Assembly: GCA_039934415.1 (NCBI GenBank)
Contig: JBDTME010000001.1
Location: forward strand, 442,461 to 506,460
DNA from: Patescibacteria group bacterium
GTDB taxonomy: Bacteria > Patescibacteriota > Microgenomatia > UBA1400 > PJMF01
Direction of reading: 5' to 3'
Length of the DNA stretch: 64,000 nucleotides
The stretch's first letter is position 1, and every line of letters starts with the position of its first letter. The notes under the pieces were generated by a model, which worked only from the letters and a program-made list of their open reading frames with translations, ran no database searches and was not told the origin of the DNA. This document shows positions 47,084 through 56,508 of the stretch, piece by piece. The translations under genes were made by a program, and so were the position numbers.

Positions 47084-48701
47084 CTGTCGTATTGGCTAAT
47101 ATCCAATCCCACACCTGAGCTTTGCGCAATAAAGCTGGTTCTGGAAAGATCAAAAAGTATTTAGTTCTCGTCTGATTGAGTTGGTCAATCACCTGCTGCT
47201 CCGTCCAATCAGAACGCTCATTCATCAGAATGATATACCGTGTGGGGTTCGTAAGATGAAAATATTCATTAAGAATTACATTCTTTGGAAAGATGAACAG
47301 ATATTTTTCCTCTGCTGGAATGTCGGCTCGAATCTGTTGCAAAACTTGCTCATCGCTCCCAGTCCCCATTAACATTCCTCCCACTTCCGTCCCTTCTGAA
47401 GTAACGAATGAGTATTGAAAACCTTTTGTGGTTGGAAGTGTTTGGCGAACAAACAATAATTTTAAATAGCTGACACTATGAAAAACAATCAGCGCAGTAA
47501 TCGTACCGGCGATAAGTACTGAAAATACAGAACGAGTATATCGACGAATAATTAGGAAAATAATGGGAACTGAGATAAGAAAGAAGGCTGGTGATTTCAA
47601 TTGCAGAACAACATGACCGTAAGTGTAAAAACCAATCGCAATAAATACACATGTCTTTATCGAAATGCGTTCACGTCTGAGAATCCCAATCCCAACTCTC
47701 ACAACTGTATACAATAGTAATACAGGAAACCAAGTCAAACCGTACCAAAGATGTGGCTCATCCGAACGGCCGAGCGCAGTGACATAACTTACCACAACAA
47801 ACACAGCGAAAATTTGTAGCCCCAATCGTTGAACTAAATGAGGCATTTTTTTGCTCTCCACCATGATTCCCGCTGCTGCAGTCATCACAAAGAGCAGTGT
47901 AGCTAACCAAACGAACCGCAATTCATTGAACGGTATTGGTAAACTCATGAACTTCGGTTGAATGATGAGTCCCAGAATAAGAGTGTCATATAAGAAGTTG
48001 TACAACGATCCGTTGATCATGATCGCAATAATAGTCGGAACCCAAACCAACCCAAACCCACTCAAAAATGGAAGTTTTTGTGGTGTTTCTTTGAAGAAGA
48101 TAAGTGGTATCAGTAAAAAGAACAGAGCATCAAGTAATAAAATACCACTATCCAAACGGAATAGAAAAATGAGACCAAGTAACACTCCCAAACTCAATAG
48201 CCTCACTTTCGTTAATTTTTTGGCTGTGAGAACAATGATGAAAAACAGTGCACTCAAGACATGGACTTCTTGTGCCGATCTGAAAAAATCCAAGTAGATG
48301 AGTATTGCTGCAATGGATAAAACATACGAAATTAAAGAAGAGTATTTCTTTATTCGAAATTGAGAAAAAATAAGTTCAAAAAAGTAAAAACTTAGAACAA
48401 AAAGTGCAGCTGGAAAAAACACAAAAGTCGCAGATATATGTGATGTAAACGAGAGAGCAACAGAAGGTGTAAAAATCTTGAAAAGTAACGCCTGAAGAAA
48501 AAACCGTCCAGGTGGATACAGAATACTGAAACTAGAGTATAAACCTTCCCCTTTTGAAATTCTCAAAGAGACGAGATAATCAGCATCTGAGTCAGGAATA
48601 CTCGAATACCCCATCATCGGCTGACTTTTGACGAGTGCAAACGGGAAAAAGAGCCAAATGAGCACCAAAACCGTCACCAAAACAAGCAAATTTTTCTTCA
48701 T
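47028..48701 (-). CDS. polytopic membrane protein, probable GT-C glycosyltransferase
   Basis: D.D...LY..F...YPPG, FRLD.G, many TMs, C-terminal NPTRY domain. Confidence 0.65.
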   Translation of the reverse strand: MKKNLLVLVTVLVLIWLFFPFALVKSQPMMGYSSIPDSDADYLVSLRISKGEGLYSSFSILYPPGRFFLQALLFKIFTPSVALSFTSHISATFVFFPAALFVLSFYFFELIFSQFRIKKYSSLISYVLSIAAILIYLDFFRSAQEVHVLSALFFIIVLTAKKLTKVRLLSLGVLLGLIFLFRLDSGILLLDALFFLLIPLIFFKETPQKLPFLSGFGLVWVPTIIAIMINGSLYNFLYDTLILGLIIQPKFMSLPIPFNELRFVWLATLLFVMTAAAGIMVESKKMPHLVQRLGLQIFAVFVVVSYVTALGRSDEPHLWYGLTWFPVLLLYTVVRVGIGILRRERISIKTCVFIAIGFYTYGHVVLQLKSPAFFLISVPIIFLIIRRYTRSVFSVLIAGTITALIVFHSVSYLKLLFVRQTLPTTKGFQYSFVTSEGTEVGGMLMGTGSDEQVLQQIRADIPAEEKYLFIFPKNVILNEYFHLTNPTRYIILMNERSDWTEQQVIDQLNQTRTKYFLIFPEPALLRKAQVWDWILANTTVIHEYQFSGEKAELRIRE

Positions 48702-48773
48702 AGAGTACAGTAGATTGTAGCAAATATTTATTTTTTATACTTAACAAAGTGTTTACAATTTTGTTACACTTGA

Positions 48774-50030
48774 ATGATAAAGAAACAACTCAACCTTCCA
48801 CTATTTAAGAAAATAAAACCATCTCGTGCCTTGCTTCAATTGGGAGTACTTGCAGTAGTAGTGATAATTGGCATCCTCGTCTTCGGTGCCTATGCCTACT
48901 ACCAGTCAGTGATTACTAGAGAAGTTAATTCAGAGTTAGTGAAAACTCAGTTGACGCAACAACTTGACTCAGTTACTACAGATCTGGCATCTGTAACCGT
49001 CCAACTCGCCAGCAGTAGTGCTGAGGTCGCTAGTTTGAAAGCAGAAGATCAACGCGTTAAAAATGATGCACTGCAGCTCGAAATTAAAAACATTCAAGAA
49101 ACGTATCATTCAGCAGTGAGCTCATATGAGGACATTCTGAAGTTACGTGGCGACGGTGGAAAAACCCAACCACTAGAAGCAGAGTTCAGTACAGTACTGA
49201 CACAGCTTTCCAAGAAGGATTATAAAGGTGCAGTTACTACACTTCAAAAATTAACAAAAGACATCACCGCGCTCCAAACCCTTTTGTCGAATACAGCAGG
49301 TGCTATCCCTACAGATCTCAAAAACTCTAATACTGCTCCTGGATCTGGGTATAGTCGTCAGGTTGTGACGAGTGATGCCGGACAGTTTGTCGTAGATATA
49401 TTGGCTGCAGATTTAAATTCAACTCGTGTTCAAGTAGAAACAGCTTCTTCAGGCGATTGTAAAGACGGTTGTCCAGTTTCTAGTCTGTCTGACTACGTCG
49501 CGCGCAGTGGCGGCTTCGCCGGAATCAATGGACCGTATTTCTGTCCTGCAGACTACCCGAGCTGTGCTGGAAAAACCAACTCCTACGACACATTGATCAT
49601 GAATAAAGCCAAGTTCTACTTCAACTCTGATAATAATGTGTATAGTACTGTGCCAGCCATTATCTTCAGTGGCGGTTCCGCAAGATTAGTAAACAGCTCT
49701 GACGCTGGAAGAGATGGTGGAGTTGACGCTGTGATTGCCGGTCAACCAGCACTTGTTAGAGGTGGTGAGGTGGCTTTTGGTGGGGACGGTGATCCTAAAA
49801 AAGGTAGTCGCGGCTCTCGAAGCTTCATCGCCGCGAAAGGCAGTACAGTATATATTGGTGTCGTTCGAGGAGCAACCGTCGCAGAAGTGGCTAGAGTTTT
49901 GAAAACCATGGGCATGGATTCTGCTATCAATCTAGATAGCGGCGGTTCCACTGCTTTCTTAGTCAACGGCAAGTATCTGGCTGGCCCCGGCAGACAAACG
50001 CCGTTTGGGATTGTGCTTGTAAGGAAGTAG
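48774..50030 (+). CDS. phosphodiester glycosidase (NAGPA) family protein with TM anchor and coiled-coil stalk
   Basis: GINGPYF, RSFIA, AINLDSGGST. Confidence 0.85.
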   Translation: MIKKQLNLPLFKKIKPSRALLQLGVLAVVVIIGILVFGAYAYYQSVITREVNSELVKTQLTQQLDSVTTDLASVTVQLASSSAEVASLKAEDQRVKNDALQLEIKNIQETYHSAVSSYEDILKLRGDGGKTQPLEAEFSTVLTQLSKKDYKGAVTTLQKLTKDITALQTLLSNTAGAIPTDLKNSNTAPGSGYSRQVVTSDAGQFVVDILAADLNSTRVQVETASSGDCKDGCPVSSLSDYVARSGGFAGINGPYFCPADYPSCAGKTNSYDTLIMNKAKFYFNSDNNVYSTVPAIIFSGGSARLVNSSDAGRDGGVDAVIAGQPALVRGGEVAFGGDGDPKKGSRGSRSFIAAKGSTVYIGVVRGATVAEVARVLKTMGMDSAINLDSGGSTAFLVNGKYLAGPGRQTPFGIVLVRK

Positions 50031-50039
50031 AATAGCCCT

Positions 50040-51161
50040 ATGGCTACTCCCAAACTACGTTGCGTACTACTTCAAGTTATCGATCCACACCAAAGTCACT
50101 TGGATCCTAATATCGCTTCCAAAAAAATGGCTGAACTTGAACTGCTAGTGGAAACACTTGGCGGTGAAGTCATTGAAAAAACCTTTCAACATCGAGTTAC
50201 TCCCCATCCCAGCACATATGTTGGGGGTGGAAAAGTGGAGTGGCTTAAACAAGTTGTTGAAGAAAAAATGATAGATGTGGTTGTGTTGGGAAATGTAGCC
50301 AAATCGAGTCAACTCTTCCGATTGGAAAAGATGCTCTGGGAAATCAATCCCAAAATCCAGGTTTGGGACCGTGTCGATTTAATATTAAAAATTTTTGATC
50401 TTCATGCCAATACAATTGAAGCTAAGCTACAAATTCAACTCGCTCGAATTCAACACATCGGACCCAGGATTTACGGACTCGGTGGAACAGTGCTATCCAA
50501 ACAAGGCGCGGGACAAGGTTCCAAAGGGTCAGGTGAGACAAACATTGAGTTTGAACGTCGAAAAATTAAAAAAGAGAAACAACACATTCAACAACAACTT
50601 GAAGCCCTCAATATTAATCAATTGCGTCAAATTTCAGAACGAAAAGAACAACAAACCAAAACCATTGCACTTGTGGGATATACCAGTGCTGGAAAAACAA
50701 CACTATTCAACACCTTAACGGGAAAAGAAAGACAAACGAATCCATCACTATTTACAACACTCGATAGTGTCTTAGGAAAAGTGAAGCTCGCTGAACATCA
50801 AACCAGCATCTTGGTCTCTGACACCATTGGCTTTATTGATGACTTACCACCTCAACTGATTGAAGCATTCAAAACGACTTTGATGATCACACTCAAAGCA
50901 CAATTACTTTTGCATGTTATCGATGCAGCAGACCCCTATTTTCAAAGTAAATTTAACGTAGTTGAAAATATTTTGACGGAACTTGGAGTCGAGACCCTTC
51001 CTGTTTTGGTCTTTAATAAAGCAGATTTGATCACAATGGAACAACGATCAAACATCGAAGCGCTTTACGCAGATCGTACCAAGATATTTATCTCGGCAAA
51101 AACCGGAATGAATATTGAAGAACTAAAAAAGTTGATGTTAGCTCTTCATACCCTCTACTAA
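50040..51161 (+). CDS. hflX: GTPase HflX
   Basis: GYTSAGKTT, FTTLD, DTIGFI, NKAD, ISAKTG, EAKLQIQLA. Confidence 0.93.
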   Translation: MATPKLRCVLLQVIDPHQSHLDPNIASKKMAELELLVETLGGEVIEKTFQHRVTPHPSTYVGGGKVEWLKQVVEEKMIDVVVLGNVAKSSQLFRLEKMLWEINPKIQVWDRVDLILKIFDLHANTIEAKLQIQLARIQHIGPRIYGLGGTVLSKQGAGQGSKGSGETNIEFERRKIKKEKQHIQQQLEALNINQLRQISERKEQQTKTIALVGYTSAGKTTLFNTLTGKERQTNPSLFTTLDSVLGKVKLAEHQTSILVSDTIGFIDDLPPQLIEAFKTTLMITLKAQLLLHVIDAADPYFQSKFNVVENILTELGVETLPVLVFNKADLITMEQRSNIEALYADRTKIFISAKTGMNIEELKKLMLALHTLY

Positions 51162-51593
51162 CATCATGGCTGCACCTTGTACAACGTCCAAAACGATTGA
51201 AACGATAAGTACCACTAACCAAGATGAAATGCCGAGTCCGAATACTTGAGAAACACGACTCATCAGCCAGACTGTTGCAAAATTCACCACCAGAAAAACG
51301 GCCATCATCTCCATCGGAGACAACATGTGCTTCATCTGTGCTGAAAAATCACTGATGAATGGAAAAACAAAGGTCGTAACCAATGCAATCACACCAGAAC
51401 TCAAGACCAATGCCCAAAATAAAGATAGACTCTGATTTCCTAGCACAACTTGCAAAGGACTCATATTATTAGCCCCATACAATACCACTGCACTCACGAG
51501 CATAGTGATTAGAAACATGAAAACGAGCATTATCCCTGGGCTGCTAGACTTTGCTTTTGATAATGACTTGGTGACAGTTTTTGATTTTGCCAT
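51138..51593 (-). CDS. four-TM membrane protein (paralog of 28879-29310)
   Basis: SRVSQVFGLGISSW...VLDVVQG. Confidence 0.75.
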   Translation of the reverse strand: MAKSKTVTKSLSKAKSSSPGIMLVFMFLITMLVSAVVLYGANNMSPLQVVLGNQSLSLFWALVLSSGVIALVTTFVFPFISDFSAQMKHMLSPMEMMAVFLVVNFATVWLMSRVSQVFGLGISSWLVVLIVSIVLDVVQGAAMMLVEGMKS

Positions 51594-51646
51594 ATATTTC
51601 TCCTTCACTATTTATAATAACCTCTTATTCGTGTAAAGTCAGTACT

Positions 51647-52996
51647 ATGAACATCAAATTTTTAGGCGCGGCTGGCACAGTTACTGGTTCGTCCTATGCA
51701 CTCACTTCGGGATCGGGACGGTCTATCTTGATAGACCTTGGCATGTTTCAAGGACCACAACAGATCGAGCAGTTGAATTATGAACCGTATGAATATGATT
51801 GTTCCAAACTTGTTGGGATGGTACTTACCCATGCGCATCTTGATCACTGTGGCCGTCTTCCCATCCTGCTTCCAAAAGGATTTAAAGGTAATATTTGGAT
51901 GACAACATCAACCAGAGACTTAACAGAACTATCTCTATTAGACACAGCCAAGATTGCAAAAGAAGATGAGAAACCAATTTTGTTTGATAAAGAACTTGCT
52001 CAACGAGCCATTGAGCAATTTAAAACAGTTGAGTACCGCACACCAGTCCAAATGGGTGATTTTACAATCACATTTCGAGATGCTGGACACATTTTAGGCT
52101 CAGCAAGTTTAGAAATTGAAGATAAATCGCCTAATTCTGAAATACGAAAGATTATTTTCAGTGGCGATCTGGGCAACACTCCCGAAGATCTACTAGAAGC
52201 AACTGAGACGATTGACACTGCTGACGCAGTAGTCATGGAGTCTACGTACGGAGATCGTCTTCATCCAAAACAAGATCCTACTGAGACTATCCAATCGGAA
52301 ATTAACGCAGTAGAAACTTCAGGTGGAACGCTACTCATCCCATCCTTTTCTTTGAATAGAACTCAGGAAATCTTGCACATCATCAGACATTTAAAAAGGG
52401 ATGGAAAGATTTCACCCCAAACTCTAGTCTTTCTGGATAGTCCAATGGCAGAAAAAGCAACACGAATCTACATGAACTATCGACCTCTATTTAACGCACA
52501 TATTCGAGAAGATTTTAAAACAGGTAGTCCATTTGAATTTCCAGGATATCAGGAATTGGCCAAACAAGCTCAGAGTCAAGCCATCGAAGAACAGAGTGGA
52601 CCAAAAGTTATTATCGCGGGGAGTGGCATGATGACCGGCGGACGTATAGTAAGACACGCAGCACACTATTTACCAATTGCGTCCACTCGCCTACTCATTG
52701 TCGGATATCAAGGCATTGGAACATTAGGAAGAGAATTACTGGATGGTAAAAAAGACGTCGGAATCGAAGGACGTTCCGTTCATGTAACTGCCACGGTTAC
52801 CGACACTCAAGCGATGAGTTCACACGCGGATCAATCCCAACTGTTAGATTGGTTAGGTCACATTCAACATGTCAAAAAAGTGTTTCTGACCCACGGTGAT
52901 AACGTACCTCGAGAGGCACTTTCTTTGAAAATCAAAGAAGCCCTGCAACTGACTGACATCACCATGCCAACAATGAATCAGGAAATCTCCTTTTAA
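51647..52996 (+). CDS. MBL-fold beta-CASP ribonuclease
   Basis: VTGS, THAHLDHCG, AGHILGS, ESTYG, SSHAD. Confidence 0.92.
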   Translation: MNIKFLGAAGTVTGSSYALTSGSGRSILIDLGMFQGPQQIEQLNYEPYEYDCSKLVGMVLTHAHLDHCGRLPILLPKGFKGNIWMTTSTRDLTELSLLDTAKIAKEDEKPILFDKELAQRAIEQFKTVEYRTPVQMGDFTITFRDAGHILGSASLEIEDKSPNSEIRKIIFSGDLGNTPEDLLEATETIDTADAVVMESTYGDRLHPKQDPTETIQSEINAVETSGGTLLIPSFSLNRTQEILHIIRHLKRDGKISPQTLVFLDSPMAEKATRIYMNYRPLFNAHIREDFKTGSPFEFPGYQELAKQAQSQAIEEQSGPKVIIAGSGMMTGGRIVRHAAHYLPIASTRLLIVGYQGIGTLGRELLDGKKDVGIEGRSVHVTATVTDTQAMSSHADQSQLLDWLGHIQHVKKVFLTHGDNVPREALSLKIKEALQLTDITMPTMNQEISF

Positions 52997-53133
52997 ATGA
53001 CCACTCTTCATGTCACAGGTTAGTCACCACTAGGTCTGGACTAGTGTAAAAAAAAGTCTACAATTGATTGAAATAAAAATGAGGTGCATTGCTGCGTTAC
53101 AAAGTAAAGTGGGATGGGAGGAGGTGAAAAAGC

Positions 53134-53340
53134 ATGTTCGTGATGGATTTGGTGACGGGTATCATAGGTTTTGTCTTGATCTTGGCTCCGTTCATATTTA
53201 ATTTTTATGAGAACTCAATGGCAACCTGGGTGAGTATAGTGATTGGAATGATGTTGTTTTTTAGCTCATGCAGGCAAGCAATGAAACGGTTTGAATTCAT
53301 TGAAGAAGATGAGATTGACGGTGCCGAACAACAAGAGTAA
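53134..53340 (+). CDS. SPW-repeat-like small membrane protein
   Basis: GIIGFVLILAPFIFNF; strong GGAGGAGG SD. Confidence 0.65.
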   Translation: MFVMDLVTGIIGFVLILAPFIFNFYENSMATWVSIVIGMMLFFSSCRQAMKRFEFIEEDEIDGAEQQE

Positions 53341-53392
53341 CGGTGTTTAAAAATAAAGTTTCTTCGAATCTTAAAAGTGATTTGAGTGTGGG

Positions 53393-55234
53393 TTATTTCT
53401 TCTTTTCAAAATAGATTTCAATTTTCAAAATTTGTTTCACCCACCAAGGTGTTGTATCCTCAGCAAGTGGACGTGCAATGTAGATTCGTTGCGGCACTGA
53501 GCGAGTCAGATAAGTTCGGTCATTCTGTTTTCGACTCCGCTCCACGAACCACTGATAAAATCCTGGCTGTAAGGTACTGGTGTCCCACGATCGGTCGTCA
53601 GTTTTTAAACTAATTGTTTGATCAGACTTTTCATCAAGATTCAGCACATTCTGGCGTGTATTAAAAATGACAACTCGCTCATCTTCAGCTTCATCTTGTT
53701 CTGGGACAAGATGCCATTCGATTTTAGTTGGATTGATAGAGACCATTTCTTGAAGAGGAATAATCTCACTGATTGGTTTAGCTCTGTCTGTCTTTTCAGA
53801 TAACGCTGATTTGATTTCTGAAACTGCAGGTGTATCCTTATGTTCTTTCCAATTGTAAATATCAATGAGTTGCGCTGAGTTTGTCGTGTTATCAAGCGTG
53901 TTGTGCATCGCTTTTTTCCAACTTGGCGCATCTTTGTCAGTGCTAAACTCGCTTGCTCCCCAACTTGGTTCTCCTTCGTTTTTCAATGTTGTGGCTAATA
54001 ACGGTAATGTAAGCGGGTCTTGAGCGTAACCATACAAACTTAAGGTGGGTCGTGCGTAATAATTTATCGAGGCCAAGAAGTAATTCTCGTAGCGAGGTTC
54101 ATCTGATTTTGCCTCACTCCACACATGGGTATAGATACGCTGCTTGGGTAGGCCGGCTTTGACTGCACGATAAGAAAGATTGGTCAAATATTGATTGACA
54201 ACCTGTTCTCTCAACTGATGAATTTCAGTTTGAGTGAGCTCCTTTTCTTTGCCACAAGTCGGTTGTTCTTCAGGGCAAATCAAATCTTGAATCGCTCTGT
54301 ATCCATACGGAATAAATTCGTCCTGCTTAGTCACAGAAGCATTGAGAGATACCTCTGTCCCAATCGATACTCCGGCAAAAAGATAACCTTTGTTTTCATC
54401 TAGCCACTTTTTATATTGATTTGAAATGACTGCAGTAATCGCTTCAAAACGAGCCGTTTGGAAATCGTTATAGCTAGCCTCAACTCGCGGATTATCTATT
54501 AGATTAGGCGGTGGGGCGAGCTGCACTCCTCCGCCACCCCAGTTCCGCCAATTGAGGTGCATCGGAGTATTCCAATTTTGCCATTCCACATTCCATTTAT
54601 TATTGGGGTTGTACCCTTCAATAAACTGCTTACGATACTCTGGGTCTCGCAACTTCGGAAACTTGCAGGAATAAATCGGATCGGAACCTGCATGGCCAAC
54701 GATTTTTGTGTAATTATCATTCTCACAACCAGGAGTGTGATCGCCATCGGGATCCCAATAATTCCACAGTTCGGGGACGGCATTCCACCATTGAAAACCA
54801 TTGAGTGGTAAATACACCGGTAAATCAGCTGCTTCGGCCAGCTCCATAATTCGTTTGGCTTGAATGACGTATCGAGAGCTATCAGAAGGAGTATCCATTG
54901 GAAAATCTGTATATTCTAGTAAAGTACTCCAAGCCAATTTGCGATTATCCGTTCCAACACCTAGTGTTTTTTTCATTTCTAAAATATCTTTGAGAAGATC
55001 CGGTTTTACTTTTGCTTCCCAGCTTGCTTCCTCAGCTCCCCAATCTGCAAAATAAAACGTATCAGAGAAATTAACGACAACGAATTGAGGATCTTGAGTG
55101 ATTGTGGTGGCCTGTGTATGAGCGGGACGCAAGAGGATGAATGAGGCAAGTGCAGTCGCTAAGAGGAAGGAAAGAGTACTTTTTGTACTCAAATTACTAA
55201 TGCAACAAAACTGATAAATTTGTTTAAAACTCAT
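53393..55234 (-). CDS. secreted protein, possible clan GH-A glycoside hydrolase
   Basis: Signal peptide, Trp/Asn-rich, SIGTEVS and WGASEF candidate catalytic Glu motifs; TATACT 7 nt before ATG 55234. Confidence 0.5.
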   Translation of the reverse strand: MSFKQIYQFCCISNLSTKSTLSFLLATALASFILLRPAHTQATTITQDPQFVVVNFSDTFYFADWGAEEASWEAKVKPDLLKDILEMKKTLGVGTDNRKLAWSTLLEYTDFPMDTPSDSSRYVIQAKRIMELAEAADLPVYLPLNGFQWWNAVPELWNYWDPDGDHTPGCENDNYTKIVGHAGSDPIYSCKFPKLRDPEYRKQFIEGYNPNNKWNVEWQNWNTPMHLNWRNWGGGGVQLAPPPNLIDNPRVEASYNDFQTARFEAITAVISNQYKKWLDENKGYLFAGVSIGTEVSLNASVTKQDEFIPYGYRAIQDLICPEEQPTCGKEKELTQTEIHQLREQVVNQYLTNLSYRAVKAGLPKQRIYTHVWSEAKSDEPRYENYFLASINYYARPTLSLYGYAQDPLTLPLLATTLKNEGEPSWGASEFSTDKDAPSWKKAMHNTLDNTTNSAQLIDIYNWKEHKDTPAVSEIKSALSEKTDRAKPISEIIPLQEMVSINPTKIEWHLVPEQDEAEDERVVIFNTRQNVLNLDEKSDQTISLKTDDRSWDTSTLQPGFYQWFVERSRKQNDRTYLTRSVPQRIYIARPLAEDTTPWWVKQILKIEIYFEKKK

Positions 55235-55262
55235 TGACCCAAGTATATAAAATGTATGAGGA

Positions 55263-56360
55263 TTAGTCGAGATAATCTCGTAATTGCTTTCGCTCGGAAG
55301 GGTGACGAAGTTTCCGTAATGCTTTGGCTTCAATCTGTCGGATACGCTCACGAGTCACGCCAAAAAACTGACCGACTTCTTCTAACGTCATTGAACGGGC
55401 ACTATTCAAACCAAATCGCATTTCCAGCACCTTGGCTTCTCGATCAGAAAGAGCAGCAAACACTTCTTTAATATTCTCTTTGAGCATGCGTTTGCTCGTC
55501 GAGTCATATGGTGTTACCTGGTTTTCGTCAGCAATGAAATCTCCAAGGAAACTGTCTTCATTATCACCGATTGGCGTTTCCAATGAGGTCGTTTTTTGAG
55601 AGATTTTCAAAATTTCTCGAACTTTTTCTGGCTCTAGTTCTAAGACTGCACCAATTTCTTCGTATGTTGGCTCTCGGCCCAAATCTTGCATTAATTTTCG
55701 TGAAGTTCGAATCAATTTATTGATCGTCTCGACCATGTGTACCGGTATACGAATGGTACGAGCCTGATCAGCAATAGCTCGAGTGATGGCTTGGCGGATC
55801 CACCAAGTAGCATAGGTCGAAAATTTGTAGCCTTTTCGCCAATCAAATTTCTCCACAGCGCGAATCAATCCTTTATTTCCCTCTTGAATCAGGTCTAAAA
55901 AGGTCATACCCCGACCAATGTATTTTTTGGCGATGGACACAACTAAACGTAAATTTGAAGAAGTTAACAATGCTTTTGCTGGTGGTTCACCAATTTCGGT
56001 ACGCTGCGCTAAATCAATTTCTTGAGATCGAGATAATAAAGGAATCCGACCAATTTCGCGTAAATACATGCGAACAGGGTCAGAAACTGATTTATCCTCT
56101 AGGCTGGATAAAACTTCGAGCTCTTTCTCGAGAGCAGTCATCGCATCCTGATCAGTTCGAGTATCTTGTTCCGAGACACTTTCAAAAACATCGATTCCTG
56201 CTTCGAACACCTGGGAGTAGAACTCATCGAGTTGGTCAATGTGTTCTTCAGGTTGAGCAAATACAGTTAAAATTTCATCTTGAGTGACAAACCCTTGAGT
56301 CTCTCCTTTTTTGAGGAGTTTCTTCAACTCGGCTTGCTGTGAGGCGGACAATTTGGACAT
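55263..56360 (-). CDS. rpoD: RNA polymerase primary sigma factor
   Basis: [47 protein letters not shown]. Confidence 0.97.
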   Translation of the reverse strand: MSKLSASQQAELKKLLKKGETQGFVTQDEILTVFAQPEEHIDQLDEFYSQVFEAGIDVFESVSEQDTRTDQDAMTALEKELEVLSSLEDKSVSDPVRMYLREIGRIPLLSRSQEIDLAQRTEIGEPPAKALLTSSNLRLVVSIAKKYIGRGMTFLDLIQEGNKGLIRAVEKFDWRKGYKFSTYATWWIRQAITRAIADQARTIRIPVHMVETINKLIRTSRKLMQDLGREPTYEEIGAVLELEPEKVREILKISQKTTSLETPIGDNEDSFLGDFIADENQVTPYDSTSKRMLKENIKEVFAALSDREAKVLEMRFGLNSARSMTLEEVGQFFGVTRERIRQIEAKALRKLRHPSERKQLRDYLD

Positions 56361-56508
56361 AGGGAAAGAGTTTTTTGTACTCAACTCGTCAAATTTGAGC
56401 GAGCTTACCAATACAAATAAAGACCCACTGCGATGGGATGTACCAGAGTATACTCTAGCGAGTTAATTTTGCAAGAGTTTAAAAGAAAAACACCGAAATG
56501 TGCTTACA

